Shown in pieces: positions 12,587 through 26,778 of a stretch of 64,000 nt of DNA (position 1 is its first letter; every line of letters begins with the position of its first letter). The notes under the pieces were generated by a model that was not told the origin of the DNA, ran no database searches, and saw only the letters and a list, made by a program, of their open reading frames with translations. The stretch comes from Ruditapes philippinarum (lineage: Eukaryota). The DNA is taken from the NCBI RefSeq assembly GCF_026571515.1, contig NW_026859515.1:1-64000 (forward strand), given 5' to 3'. The position numbers and the translations under genes are program-made.

Positions 12587-12897
12587 CAAAGTTTCTCCGA
12601 AAGAAAATTTTCCATCCGTTGGAAATTTTCCATCCGTATTCCTGACGTTGTATTATCTAATGGATAATAATCTGTTAGCTCACACTGTATCTTTACTTCA
12701 TGAAAATTTGCAGACAGACATCCAAACATACTATCACAAAGAGCAACACATTTGTTTATGGAACTATCATGAAAGCTAGAGATGGGATTCCCATTACTTT
12801 CATTGCTGGCGTACATTTCATAAACAAAGGATTTTGTTAATCCAGCAATGACTTGAAAGAAGTTGAAAGACAGAAAAAAGTGTACAAGTATCTTCAT
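12587..12897 (-). pseudogene. PAN/F-type lectin copy A, exon 1 (signal peptide + PAN); frameshifted, splice donor lost
   Basis: 311 nt versus 301 nt in intact copies because of a local duplication (AAATTTTCCATCCGT at 12605 and 12623); donor G|GTAAG has become G|TTTAG. Confidence 0.8.
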
Positions 12898-15800
12898 TTT
12901 TGTGAAGTATACAAATCTAAATTTCCAAATCTAAATATAAAATTTATAGCTTTATGTTAATTGCTCACGTTTGATATTTTAACAAACCCCTTCTTTCAAG
13001 TGAATCCGAAGCGAATATGCTGCCGGTACCCGTGTGCTAAGGAATAAATAATAAATCAAAATTTGCAGAAAGAATCTCACGGCAGATCAATCTTACTATT
13101 GTTCAGAATGAATTAAGTCACTATATTTTTCCGCCTTCATTGTGATTTGGATTTTCTGAGAAAGCTATTTTTAGCCAAGTAATCAAACAGGAATTAAACA
13201 AAGTATCAAAATATCGTTGTCCGTAAAACAAATTCTTGATTTTTGTTAGCAAATAATTTTTCTTGAAGTAATTTGAAACAAATAAAATAGAAATAATAGA
13301 CTCAGGTTTAAATGGATAAGATTGTGTTGCCAGTTCACCTGTTGACTAGATGGAAAACGCTATGTTTGGTCTTGAAATTGTGAAATTTATCTAGTCAGTC
13401 CTGGTTTTTCTAGAAACCGTTTTTTGCTTTCAAAATTGTGAAAGCTTGCCGATGATTAACTGTTTGAAAGGCAGCGAGAAAGTGAACTCCTATTAGTGCC
13501 TACTCAGATATTAATGCGTAGCGTTAATGCGGGGATGCTTTTTATCAGATTGCCCAAATGATTTCTTGTTGAAAACAATTTTGCAAATTGCTTTCTGTTT
13601 TCTCTACTGTCGACTAAAAGGCTTAGTTGTTAATGTTTTATTTCATGTTTTGTCACAGTTTCCCTAAAAATTGAATATTGTTTACGGGTTTATTCTTTAA
13701 TCATTACACAAATCCTTCAGAATTAGAATTAGAATGAGACTAATGCAAAGCTTTTAACACATACTCTGGGGAAGATTAAACATATCTAATAAAATGTGCT
13801 TTACATAAGTACTTGACTGTTTAACAATCATTATGGTTAAACTTAACTTTTTTTGAAATGCAGGACACCTATGATAAAGAGACAAATGGTTCATGATCAA
13901 AAGGAATAACCATTGCAGGGTGGCTAATCTACGTGACCTTTTAGGAAAAATGCACGGCAAAAATGATAATATAATGTTCACAAACTCATAGATATAAAAA
14001 TAACATGTTATCCACTTGAACCAATTTGTGTGAAGTCTTAATTTTCAATAATAATTTCCCAACTGACTCGGTGATTCGGCCGATGAAATGTTTCGAACGA
14101 CGTGTATTGATGAATCTGTTGAAGCAGTTTGGGAAAGATAGCAGAAAATAAGAGAGACTTGGAACAGAGGTGATAACAGTTGAGGAAAGAAAATCTATTC
14201 ATTATTAATAAAAAGATGTTTACAAATATCCTAGCTGAATCTGAGCTGTACTGTATAATCTTTTTCCCCGCCGTGTGTGTTGGTTGTCCATAAGTCTCGC
14301 TGGTTGTTATTATTCTGACAAATGAATATCAAATATGCAAGTTTTAAGATTAGGCCGGTACTTCATTAGCATTTTGTCCTTAATATGTCCCTTCAAATAT
14401 TATATAACGAAAATGAAGCTGAGAAAATATGAAAATAAGCTTCCAAATTAAAATACCTCGATAACTTTATAGAAAGGCAATAATGCTAATCATTTTGATA
14501 ATTTAAACGCAAACCATGCTACACTAAAGAAGAGAAAAAACATGAAATATTAATCAAGGAAATAGAACCATATGACATAGGAAACATACCCAAAGCTGAA
14601 CATTTATAGCTAGTCTTTTCTTAGCTTGTCATTTTCTTGCCAGTGATCTTTACATGCTGTATGCCAAATAGGACACCATTTACTATTTCATTGTTTGCAA
14701 TGTAAATCAAAGTACTGAAAGCACTGGATGCGACAGACATGAAAAGGGAATTGCATAAATGGTGTCAAAAAAGGGATCAAACATCAGTCATGTTGCACGA
14801 AAAAAAATCTATATTTACACATTGAGTTTTATGCTTGCTACAGGGTAAAACAGCGGAATTCCAAAGCAAGGTCGTCAAAATAGAATAGTCTGGAAACGCT
14901 CAATGTAAAACCCTTTAAGCTACAAACAGGTTCTTTCAAATAGAAAGACCCTTTTTAAAGTGAATAATCTATAAAAATTTCTCTAAAAATGCCAGGATAA
15001 CCAGGATAAAAAGCTGGTAACTGAATCAATTTTAAATAATTTATGAACACCCATACTGACTGAAATTACCTTATATATTAATTTAACTGGTCATTTTCTA
15101 GTTGTCTGTGTTATTTTTTTGTCATTTTAAAATTCCGGCGTTTTGTGACAAACATAAGAATAATATTGTCAATGATAGAATGATTGCTTTTCAAGCTTTA
15201 GAACAGTAGCAGAATGTATTCTGTCCAGATTTATTGATTCATTTTCATTAAGCATCATAAAAAACTTCCAAAAAAGCAGTGAAGGATATAAGATTATAAA
15301 CATTTCTGACCATGTTGCAATGACTTTTATTACTTAATATTTGCAAAAGACGCTAATAAGATATTAAAGATACTTATGATTATGAAAATAAACATTTTCT
15401 AGTTACTTATTTTATAAATAAATCGATTTGTTCTATTACATGTAGTCAAATATGTAAAATCATATTTCAGTTAATAACGATTTTTGTACGGTTTTCACCA
15501 CTTGTTTTTAGTGAGTCTTTTTAAATTGAAAAAAAATACATAGATTTATATTATTGTTTTTCTTTGTTTCATTTAAATCAAAATAGTATATCTTAACAAT
15601 TTTTAAGCAGACGTTTTTCGAAAACTACAGAATACTAACATTATTGAAACTGACAATAGGTCTTGGGTACTGTGTTTTGGCAAGTTATAGATTTTTTACA
15701 GATTGTTTTGATGAAAATCGAAAACTATCTTTACTCAAAAGCATTGTAAATATCATCTTTTGTTTAAAACCCATATTTTTTTTCACAAATAATTTCTATT

Positions 15801-16797
15801 GATTTTTTTCCACAGATTTATTGAATGAAAATGAATAATGCTGTTGAGATTAATTTATTTGAATAGTGTTTGGTACTGAAAGTTGATCATCAATTGGCAT
15901 GCCTTCCTTAAGTGGTTAAGGATACTAAAGCTTGGTGTGGACGGTGAGCGCAGGATGAACTATTTGCAAAGGTTAAAGGAGATATTTACATGTAAAATAT
16001 GATAGACAAGATCAACAAGGAAAGACGGCGTTCAATGAACAAAGGTTTGAACATTATCTTAAAATTATATGCCATTAAGGGAAAATATACGTCATTTACA
16101 CGACTCTAAATGAGAGAATGCCGGTGATTGAAAATTTTTTCTAATAAGTCCAGTTACAAACGTTAAACCCGTTTATTAAGTTTGAAGGTGAAGGAAAAGA
16201 AAAATGCAAGCTACGTTCATAAATTGTTATTGCTTATTGTCAGTGTATGGTATGGATACCAAATTGATTTTTTTGTATTTTATAGAGAATTAATGGCAGC
16301 ACAAGCAGATCATAGTCGAAAAATGAGCAAATTTCTAATGGCCCAGGTGAGTGACATGGATATTGAAGACACGGACATAGGCCGCATAAGAATAAAACTT
16401 TCTCGACTTATGGCAAACAAAACATCGGGAATAACTGCATTCAAACGCGAAGTCGAAAAGATGAGAAAGTAATAAACCAACAAGGTGATGCAAAATTTAC
16501 CGAAAATTGAGCCAAACTCTGGTGCAGAGAATGAGGGGATCCTTGTCACATTTTGATAGTAAAGAATATCTTACACGATCTGGGTCAATCACGGGAGCGC
16601 AACTAACGTTATCCGATAAAATAAAACAGTGGAAACATATGAACTGAAAATGTTTTCTTAAAAGAAAACCAATAAACAAAGATGACCAACTAAAGATAGT
16701 TTAAACATATATACAACAAGTCTGAACAGGTGCACGTTCTATTCACAGCAATCAAATTTACCCACGTCGCAAACTATTTACAATTCTAACACGACTG

Positions 16798-19703
16798 CCC
16801 TGTACGAAATTTTGGCACGGATTCTGGGCGGAATTGGCACGGAATTGACACGGAATCAGTGATTTCTGGGCGGACCAGGAACGGAAACGCAAATTCCGTG
16901 TCATTCTGTCTCACAAGAAAAATATTTTGTTCACTTTTCTGGGCGGAAAACTAGAAAAATTCCGGCTGGAATTTTATTTGGAGCAGAATTTATACTTAAA
17001 CATTTCTTCTTGGACAGAATTTTCAACTTTGAAATTTTCTTGGGAAGGAATGGTCTTCACTATGGGCGGAATTCTATACTTAAATATTTTTCTTGAACAG
17101 AATTTCACATATAAGATGTCTAAATCATAATTGTTAACTCTTGTTTTTGCACTTGCAGACAATGTAATTTTACCAACTGTACTTATTATTTTTGTTGAAG
17201 CATGATACTTGACCAATAATTACAGGTGTATTTTAGAATAAATAGGGTTATTTTTTAGACATTAAAATATGCCTAAACAATGTTTTTAAATATTGTGGCA
17301 TATGATATATTGTCAGACTAATTTAGCAAATATTTTTTGTACTGAAAAACAACTGTAATAATCTTAGTGTAGAACTTGAAAACATTCACCTCCAAAATGC
17401 TTAGGTTTATAAAAAGCAACATTGAAATAAGAATGCTGTTTAAATTGGAATATCAGGACAGCCACAGGACAAGATAGTGTGCTTGCCATTTTTAACCCTA
17501 AGAAATCATGATTTTGTTATAAAAAATAAATAAAAACAAAACAAAAACATTGCATGAAATAATCTCATATAGTATGCCCTTTTAATCTATATAGAATTGA
17601 TCAGCCAATATGCCCAATAATTGCTTTCATTTAGGTAAATAAATACTACAATATATATCCACTGAGATTTGACACTACACAGATCAGAGCTCTGATAAAA
17701 CTCAACTGACCAGCAGTTTCCCACCATCTTGAATTCTTTGCATGACTAATTTACTCCACTGGTCATTCCAACAGATCAGGCTGTTCCATTGAATTATTTT
17801 GGGGAGAGATAACATTATAAATTTCATATGCAGAATTTGTCTAGGACATTGCAATTTTTTTTTGTTCAGAAATTTGTAATGATTTTTAAATTCTATATAT
17901 ATATATCTATTTGTTACTTGAATTTTTGTTACATTCAATGAATGGAGGTTGAGATGATGAGTAAATTAACCCTGTTTTACATAATGATTGACCTGTCCAT
18001 GCAGTTATACAGTTGTGAATTTTGAATTCTAAGATATCTGGGTCAGCAAAAAGAGTGCAAATAACAGAAGATGTACTTGATATTTTAACAATTTTTGAGA
18101 TATACTTTTGTTTAAGATCTCAAAGTGTTTTAGTATTGGTATGATAAATAAGTGTGAAAACATGGGACAAGGAGATGAACAACATAATCAGGTAATTGTA
18201 AACCTTTAGTTACATTAATGCTGAAACAAGTTGTATATCAAACTATCAATGGTAGCAAACTAAAATTTGTAACAAGAGGTCAATGTTGTTTTTATATTTT
18301 CAACTTCATACATTTGTTTTTTTCTGATAATTGTTTTAAATCTTTATTACATGTTTAATGGCTGTAAAATATAAATTATTCAATGATTCTATATAATGAT
18401 TGTGTGTATTGTATAAATTAATAGCATGTAGTAGATCTTTTTCATTTCCTGGAAATTAAACAAATTAGGTCAATTTGATTAAATAGGAATAAATGGTACA
18501 AATTCAGAAGTTTTGTACAGCTGAACAGGGTCATCATAATCATTTATTATTTTACATGTATGTGTTGTGTTTCCAATGGAACAATCTAAAATTACATTTT
18601 ACACTCATATTTTCAGACTGGGAGTTAAGTGCTGACTGTGAGATGCAAGGTGTTTCAATAAAGATGTGCAGTATTAATCCTGAATAGGTATATTTTTAAA
18701 TCTCAATACTTTACTATTCAACATCTTCCTTGAAAAAATACATAACCAGTAATAAATAGTGTCACAAATAAAGCAGTTAATTAATTCTTATACAGAGCAA
18801 TTCTTAAACACTTGTGCACTGAAATAAGATACTGCGTAAGCTTTAGTATTTTTGAATATGCATAAGCACTGTTAATATTTAATACTGTTGAAACATAAAA
18901 TTTGATATTATCAAAAATATGAAATATAACTGCATATATTTATGCAATCAAACATAATTCATTACTACATTTTTGTTTAATTAATTATTAATTTTATTAT
19001 TAAAGGTTAGCACAACCACAAGAAGTTCTTGGAAACACAGGCAGTGGACTTAAAACAGACATCAGTTAAAGAAATAGTAATTTAAATAATCAGAAACATT
19101 TGAAACAAATTTTTGATTGAAACACTCTCAGCAAAAAAATTGCAAAAAAACAAAGTGTTGGATTCTAAGAAAACCAGTACCTACCAAAACCTTCAGGTAG
19201 AAAAAAACTGTTTGTGTTATAGTGAATGTATGGTATTCTATTCTGTATTTGGACTAAAGGATATGTATTAAATTTTGTGAAAGAAAATTTAATGTGATAC
19301 ATTACTGATAATTTTATCCCAAAAAAATGTGATCATGTTAAACTCATAAAAATTCCGCCCCCATGAATTCTGTCCCAGAATTCCGCCCAGAATTTTGTTT
19401 GACAATTCCGTTCCAAAATTCCGTTCCGAAATTCCGCCCAGAGATTCCGCTTCAAAATTCCGCCCAGAGATTCCGCTTCAAAATTCCGCCCCAAGATTCC
19501 GCTTCAAAATTCCGCCCCAACTCATTTGCATATTTCGTCCCAATTCCGCCCAGAATCCGTCCCGTTTCCGCCTGGAATCCGGCCGGAATCCGTGCCAAAA
19601 GCAAATGGTTTAACACTTGTATATTTGGGGGAGAATTTAAATTTCTGGGCGGAATCTGCCATTGAATTCCGCCTCATTTCCGTGCAGAAAATTTCGTACA
19701 GGG
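16798..19703. mobile_element. Non-autonomous TIR DNA transposon (CCCTG...CAGGG termini, subterminal repeats; CACTA/EnSpm-like architecture)
   Basis: TIR CCCTGTACGAAATTTT / AAAATTTCGTACAGGG; many GGCGGAAT/ATTCCGCC subterminal motifs; absent at the paralogous sites ~6203 and ~44277; no transposase ORF. Confidence 0.88.
19429..19518. repeat. Subterminal 26-bp minisatellite (AAATTCCGCCCAGAGATTCCGCTTCA)x3.5 within the TIR element
   Basis: Tandem units are directly visible. Confidence 0.85.
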
Positions 19704-21177
19704 CTTCTTTCCCTTTTGAACACTATAGGACCGATTGTATGTGCTAGGGAGCGTTGAAGATTTTGCACTTTTTTCAGTATCCCTCATGTTCAGACTGAAA
19801 AAAAAACCGCGTCTGCAACTTTCATGTAATTTTGCTGTTTTCGAGGGATCACTTTGAATCCAGATATTTATTATGCTTTAAAATGAAAGTTCACGTTCTA
19901 TATATAGTTAGACATGTGTCGTTACCATTAAACATGTGACGTTATCACTAGAAATGCAACGCGAGGAATATATGTAACGACACATTTATTATAATAAGTT
20001 ATACTTAACATGTATGATTTTACACAAGGGCAACAAACAAAATAAATTTTAACTTTTAAAAACTAAGGCTATCGAACAATGATATAAAACTGACACAAAT
20101 CACTTTGTCGTACAAAATCTTACATAGAACATGATATTTTTGCACCTTTCAATTTCAACAAAATACTAATTATCATTTGAATGTATTGATTTGCTGACAC
20201 AAACGTTTAGTATCAAGTATGAAGCTAGATGTGAATACTTCGCCATTACCAAGAAATATCAATAAACATCGCGACATTTTATTTTTTATTTTTAAGAGGA
20301 CCATGAAAGAAAAACAACATTACAATGATAAAACAAAGTTCACATTGATTCTGTATAGAATTTGTTATACTTATGAAGTTAAATTCTATTAAAATGTAAA
20401 AAAATGATGATGTCAAATAAAGTGGTTATTATATATTTTTGACAAAAATACAGATTCTATTGGACTCGCACATAGCCTCAAAATCTATATCAGAGACTAG
20501 AGTCCATGCAATATATGTTTGACATCTATATACTCGTGCAAAAAAGCAGTATTGAACTCAACAATGTATAATAACATCATAATATAACATACTTGGAAAA
20601 ATGTATATTTGGCCTCAGAAATAAGAATATTTTTCCTCTATAAAAAGGCAAACTTGTGTTTTATAATATATTGATAATGGATTAATAACAGATTAGATCA
20701 GGTGAAGAAAAAAAGTGTTAAATAAGAAATAATTTTGTCAATTAAGAAGCAAAACATTAAACATTTAAGCAAAAAAGCTAAAGAAAGTCGGAAACCGTAA
20801 AAGATCATCAATATTAATAATAATGATAATTATAACAATAATAATTTTATAGAAAAAAACGTTGGAAAAAATACAAATAATGAAGAAAACTTTATTGGGT
20901 ATTGATGAGTCTTCAATTAAATCACAAGGTTTGCTGCACTATGATGTTAATAAGGGTCAGGACTATTACATTGTTAATTTTATGAAAATATTGGTTATAT
21001 GATTGATTCTCGAGAAGGTCTAAGCTTGCAAATACCATTACCAAAGAAGATCAATCAAACCTTTTCAATGTCTCGTTTTTGTGCATTTTAAGGAATTCCG
21101 TTTTTTTCAGTATCTAATATACAGTAGTAAACATTTATTTGAAGTTCGTGAAGTTGTGCACAGTATGTTTGAAACAT

Positions 21178-21401
21178 TTAAGGTGTATAAACGTAGACCT
21201 CACATAACGCCATCATTTCTGTAGATTCATGCTTGATTTTTAGAAACTTTCCGAAGATTGTATTTGTACAATCGATTGTTATGCTAAAAGGTTCCTTGTC
21301 TATAGCAGGACCAAAGTATGATCCACATTTTGTTCCTGCATCATTTATGACATCATCACGACTGTTAGCAACGGTCACTGTGTAATTTGTCTGTCTTTCA
21401 A
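21178..21401 (-). CDS. PAN/F-type lectin copy B (intact, ~246 aa), exon 3
   Basis: TTTCAG| acceptor, 224 nt: FERQTNYTVTV...LCEVYVYTP*. Confidence 0.9.
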
Positions 21402-22199
21402 CTGAAACATATTAATGTTTATCATATATTGCTTGTATGATTTAAATCAATCTTTCTTAATATATATGAAAACAATTACAAAATCATCTTTTTGTTTTAA
21501 CTTTTTAGTTGATTCTAAAGTATCATTCTTTTCAAAGAATAAAATTAATCATCGGGTTTGATCGTATCATAAAGATTCTTTCAATTTTTTATTCTTGCTG
21601 TTGACTTTCTTTAGATTTTTACGACTTTGAACGTGTTACTTTGAAAATAAATCATTAAACAAACATTTGAAAAGCTTGGATGTAACACCAGCTGCCTATA
21701 CAGATTGAAATTTCTGGCTCGAGAGTAACTGTTTACGGCGGTAATGAGGCTCTGCCCTTAACTACCCGAGAGCTAGATATTCATGTGTGTAACGACAGCA
21801 AGTGTATGATTCTTTTTCCTTTTTCTTGCATGTTACAAATCAATGATGTTTCCAAAATAAATTAAACTTAATTATATTTAATTTAAATTTTAAACAAAAT
21901 TCATAAAACTGATATTTTCGTCAAGCACTTTTTTCTAATAGTAGTGTATGAATTTATAACTTCATTCATAGCGGAAAAATGACGTTTTCCAAGAACGCAA
22001 TTCATTCATAATAGGCGTGTGCGAATTACGTCATGTAAGACTAGCTACTTGTAATTTCAAATGAATTTAATGATATGTTATAATATTATGTTACCAAATT
22101 CCCTAAAAATAACCTCAGAGGTTTGATGTCTATTGTGAAATATGAGAGATGTAATCTTGAACTCGTTTCCTTATAATAAAATAAATATTGATATCATAC

Positions 22200-22415
22200 A
22201 ACAGTAGTCTGTCCGTAACTTCATTTTGACTGACTTCACAGGACCCGAAGTTCCAAACTTAACAGCCCAGTAAGAGAAACCAGATGCAGTGTGGGCACAG
22301 TCGTGGATGCCTTCTATCTTTCCATCTATAGCCTTGTCTGCTATCATATTAACAGCACCTTCATACAAATATGTAGAAGACTGCCATGCTTCAGCTCCTT
22401 GTAAAAAACTTATTC
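22200..22415 (-). CDS. PAN/F-type lectin copy B, exon 2
   Basis: CACAG|...|GTATGA, 216 nt; QSST, AIDG, CAHT and RTDYC motifs. Confidence 0.9.
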
Positions 22416-23355
22416 CTGTGAAAACAACAACAAAAACAACACTTTTAGATTTCTAGATAGATTCTATGTAATATTATTTATAGAGTATACCTCATGTTTC
22501 TATTGACGAATCGCCATTTTTTTTTTTGTGAAAATATATAAAAGAAAAAGAAGAGGAATGTTTGGTTGAAAGAAGTTTAAAGGTTTTACTGTCCGATTTG
22601 CGATCAATTTTGTTGAAAATATCGGCTTTAATCCCCTTCATTTTTACTTGGCATGAAGTCAAAAACTTAGATTAATTAATTGCCACAATTCTTTGTTGAT
22701 CTTTGTATTAAATTTTTATACAACTTTTTGAGAAATGAACCAGTTGATTAAATTTTTCTGAAAAATTCGTATTGTCGTAGTTTAAAGTTTCGGAAAAAAA
22801 CTAAACAAATATTTTCTTTATCGGTCGTAGTTGACAGTTTGAAATCAATGTTACTTCTCATTGCATTGGCTTAAGCGTTAACTTTTTAAATGTACTTAAA
22901 ACTCTTGAAATGTCACATGTATGCACTTTCACAAAAAGAAATATTTTACAATGTGCCTATAATAATATTTTCAAAATTACTGAGACATGTATAAAAAAGC
23001 ACACTGGAATATTCCGTTTCAGACAGTGGAAAAATTATAAATTTGCATAAATAGTCCAATGAAACCGATCAAGAGAGTTCGACTACAATTAAAGTTATAC
23101 ATGCATATATTACGAAATGTGGAGACAAAAATGCCAACTCCCAACTCTAAAAAGATATATTTTTTATCAAAACGAACTTATTTCCTAATTTCCAAAAGTA
23201 AACAAACGGATAAATTGAAAATTTCAGATGCATTTACGACGATGCAATTCAACAACTCTTACAACGATGCGATTTGCTCAAATGCAAAACAGTCTCCCTT
23301 TAGGTAGACGCATCATTTAATGTTAGTGTTGTATGTTTTGTTTTAGTGACAAGTA

Positions 23356-24670
23356 CGAGGGGAAGTCAGAAAATATCCGGACTTTTGACTCGTTCTCGAA
23401 AACCATTCAACATTTAAAAAAAAATCTTTCTATTCTTTTTTAAAATATTATCCACCTACGTCAACGCACTTTTGCCATCTTCGTGGGAGCTTTTGTATTC
23501 CCGCTGTGAACAATGACGTAGACCTTTGTTTTAGATACTGTGTAACAGCAGATATAAAAGCCGCCATGGTCTTATATTTCTTTCCAGCAAGCAATTATTT
23601 CAGTTCTGGAAACAAATAAAAGTCACAGGGGTCGAGGTCTGGGCTATAAGGATGACAACAATTGCCAATTGTAAGAGTTGATAACCTCCACTGTAGCTGC
23701 GGCGGTATGGGAGTGGGCGTTATCGTGATGAAGAAGGACATTTTTCTTTGCTAACCTGGGACGCATTTGCTTCAGCTTTTCTCTGAGATTTTTCAGAATT
23801 ACTTCAGAATAGTACTTGGCGGTGACAGTTTGACCTTTTGGCATGGAATGACTAAGTATCATTCCTCGTGAATCCCAAAAGGCAACAAGCATTACTTTGC
23901 CAGCCGAAGGCGACAGCTTATACTTTTGAGGAGGTGGGAAACATCTCGTTTCCACTGCTTTCACTGAGCTTTTGTCTCAGGTTCGGAATATGGAACCCAC
24001 ATCTTAACTCCAGTGATAATGCGGTTCAAAGACTTATCTCCTTAACGATTAAAACGACTTAAATGTTATTTTGCATTGGTAACTCTGGTTGCGTTCTGAT
24101 CTGCGGACAGCTGCCTAGGCACCCACCTGGCACGTACCTTGCTCATGCCTAGGTGTTCGTGTAAAATCTTGGGTGCCGATGCCTTACCGATGCTAAACTT
24201 GTTGGCTACCTCCTCCAAAGTTACTCGACGATTTTTGTTGACAAAAGCTTTAACATTTGCTACCATTGTTGGGGTCACCGCCTCAGCTGGACGCCCAGTC
24301 CTAGGTCTGACACAAACACTTGTTCTGCCTTCACAAAACTGAGAAACCAAGTTGTAGAAGGTTGAACGTGATACACATTTATCAGAAAATCTTTTTTAAA
24401 GCCTCTGAAAGATGTGGCAGGGATTTTCACCCTCTGCAACCAAAAACTTTTTTACAGAGCGTTGTGCCTCTAACAAAGAGTCCATAATAGACGAAACATC
24501 TGTCATATATCAGAGGGCAAAATACTGTGCATAAACAACTATCATTGAAAATAAACTGACCACGTTATTGGCGAATGCATGTAATTTTCACCAATATTTA
24601 ATGTTTGTATATAGCTGCATGTTGAAAGAGAGGAGCATGCAAAGTCCAGATATTTTCTGACCGTCCCTCA
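23356..24670 (-). mobile_element. Mariner transposon relic in intron 1 of copy B, at the same insertion site as in copy A
   Basis: Same TIRs, TA flanks and flanking sequence as 9491-10803; ORF fragments 23644-23964 and 24066-24350. Confidence 0.95.
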
Positions 24671-26477
24671 TATACTATCGAGAATATTTTATCTCAAATG
24701 AGATGTCCAGTAAAATATACTATTGTATATTGTTAACTAGTAAGATACAACAAGAGCACGTCTTAATATTCCAAGATTTAATACACAAGTGATGTTACAT
24801 ATAGCATGCTGTATAGGCGGAGCTTATCAGTAACTAAAGTCTGTATCAAGATTTTTGAATATAGAAAAGTAAGCATGGCTACACATGGAATTACACAGTT
24901 GCACAGTCTTTTATTTGATTACTGAGAAATAAATATTGTCTATCCATTTGAAAAAAGTTTTGCATCAGAAAAAAATAAAATAAAATAGCTCCTGACTTTA
25001 AGCCAGTGTATGTAAATGTTTTTATATACTTTTATTTTTATTGACGACTCGCAAAATAAATAGTGTCATTCCGCAGTAAATCATATGTCTTATCCATATT
25101 CATATATCATATAAAACTAGGCTACTTTGCAGACGAATTATTCAGGAGATTAGTACTGCAAAGCGCTGTTTTTCTTCCGGCAAAGGGCACCACCGCTAAA
25201 GTCATCGCCTTTTACTAGCGACTCGAGCACCCCAAAACTGTTCCTTTTCGTCTCTGACACATTTTAGGGTCACTCACTTTGGCTTCAGTCAGGACATCGA
25301 CAGCTTATCTTACACAAATTTTATCATGCTGTCTTGTACGTAATCCCGAGCTTAAAAAGCACGCATACTTTCTGTTCTGTCTTACACGTTGCAGTGGATC
25401 TTGAATCATCTGCCGATGCTCTGGGTCTTCTCAACGACGTGCATTACGGGGGCATAAGACAAATTTTACTTGCACCGGTGAAACGGCAAATATTCATGTC
25501 TGCTATGCAAGAAAGGATTATCATAAAGACTTCTAAACCGTACTAGCGGCTCACGCACTCTCGTATCCTTCTTCGTCGTCTCAGACCATTTTCTTTGGCT
25601 AAAGTCAGGACATCGGCAGCTAACCTAAAACCTTAAGTCAGGCCGCCTTAAACGAAACCCTATGCTGTAAAAAGCACGCGAATTTGTCGTCTTACATGTT
25701 GCAGTGGATCTTTTAACATATGCTGATGCCCTGTGCCTTCACAAAGAATTGCACGTACCGAGGGGAAAAGAGAAGAAAGAAAAAAAAACAAATTATATAT
25801 ATTATATATTAATTATATCTATAAGCGACGATGTGCTGAATCATCATAAACCACCAGGTTGCATATGAAAACAGTTATGACATTATATAAGATTACGTTA
25901 CTTATCATAGATGATCTTAACACGAGTAATATCCATTTTCTGAGGAGTTTCTTTTTCGACATAAAAGATTACGGACGGACTATAAACTAATAATGATATA
26001 GAATGTCACATCAATAAATATTTGATCAGTTATTACGAAAGTTCTGAGTACTTTCCTCGAATTCTTCCTATGGTACGTTTAAGTGATATTTTGTGTGATT
26101 TTTTTAATTTTCTCTCTTTTAAAATGAATGTTTTATATGCAATATATGAATCGCAGAAAACTATTTAATTAAAAATATAAAAATATATCACTATTTACTT
26201 TTATAAAGAATGCAGTAAAGTTTAATTATATCCCTTTATCCAAGATTGCACGAATTGCTTGTTTTTAGACACAAATAGTATTATAAATTTTTTAAACATT
26301 AATAGTTTGAATAAAACATATTCAGTTTTTATTTTATTTGCGTGTATGTTGCATTTAATGGCAATAGATTATCAAACGCTACAGGGAACATAAAGAGTAG
26401 CATCCCTACCATCCTACCCTAATTTTATCAATGGTGTTCCCTGAACCACAAACCTAACGCGAAAATAAATCTCTTAC

Positions 26478-26778
26478 CAAAGTTTCTCCGAAAGAAAATT
26501 TTCCATCCGTTGTTAGGTATTCCTGACGTTGTATTATCTAACGGATAATAATCTGTTAGCTCACACTGTTTATTTACTTCATGAAAATTTACAGACAGAC
26601 ATCCGAACATACTATCACAAAGAGCAACACATTTGTTGATGGAACTATCATTAAAGCTAGATATAAGATTCCCATTACTTTCATTGCTGGCGTACATTTC
26701 ATAAACAAAGGATTTTGTTAATCCAGCAATAATTTGAAAGAAGTTGAAAGACAGAAAAAAATGTTTAAGTTTCTTCAT
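26478..26778 (-). CDS. PAN/F-type lectin copy B, exon 1 (signal peptide + PAN/Apple)
   Basis: CAAAAATG start, 301 nt, |GTAAGA donor. PAN core CVALC-x5-CLSVNF-x6-CEL. Joined exons 301+216+224 = 741 nt with no internal stop. Confidence 0.9.

Noticed and set aside
12586-12588. Compensatory shifted donor rescuing copy A's frame
   Set aside because: The frame would be restored, but the junction codon is TGA and GTTTAG is a weak donor.
19429-19518. CRISPR-like periodic repeat
   Set aside because: No unique spacers; contiguous tandem units in a eukaryotic transposon end.
19363-19747. ORFs with repeated PEF/SASKFRP peptides
   Set aside because: Translations of the transposon's subterminal ATTCCGCC repeats.
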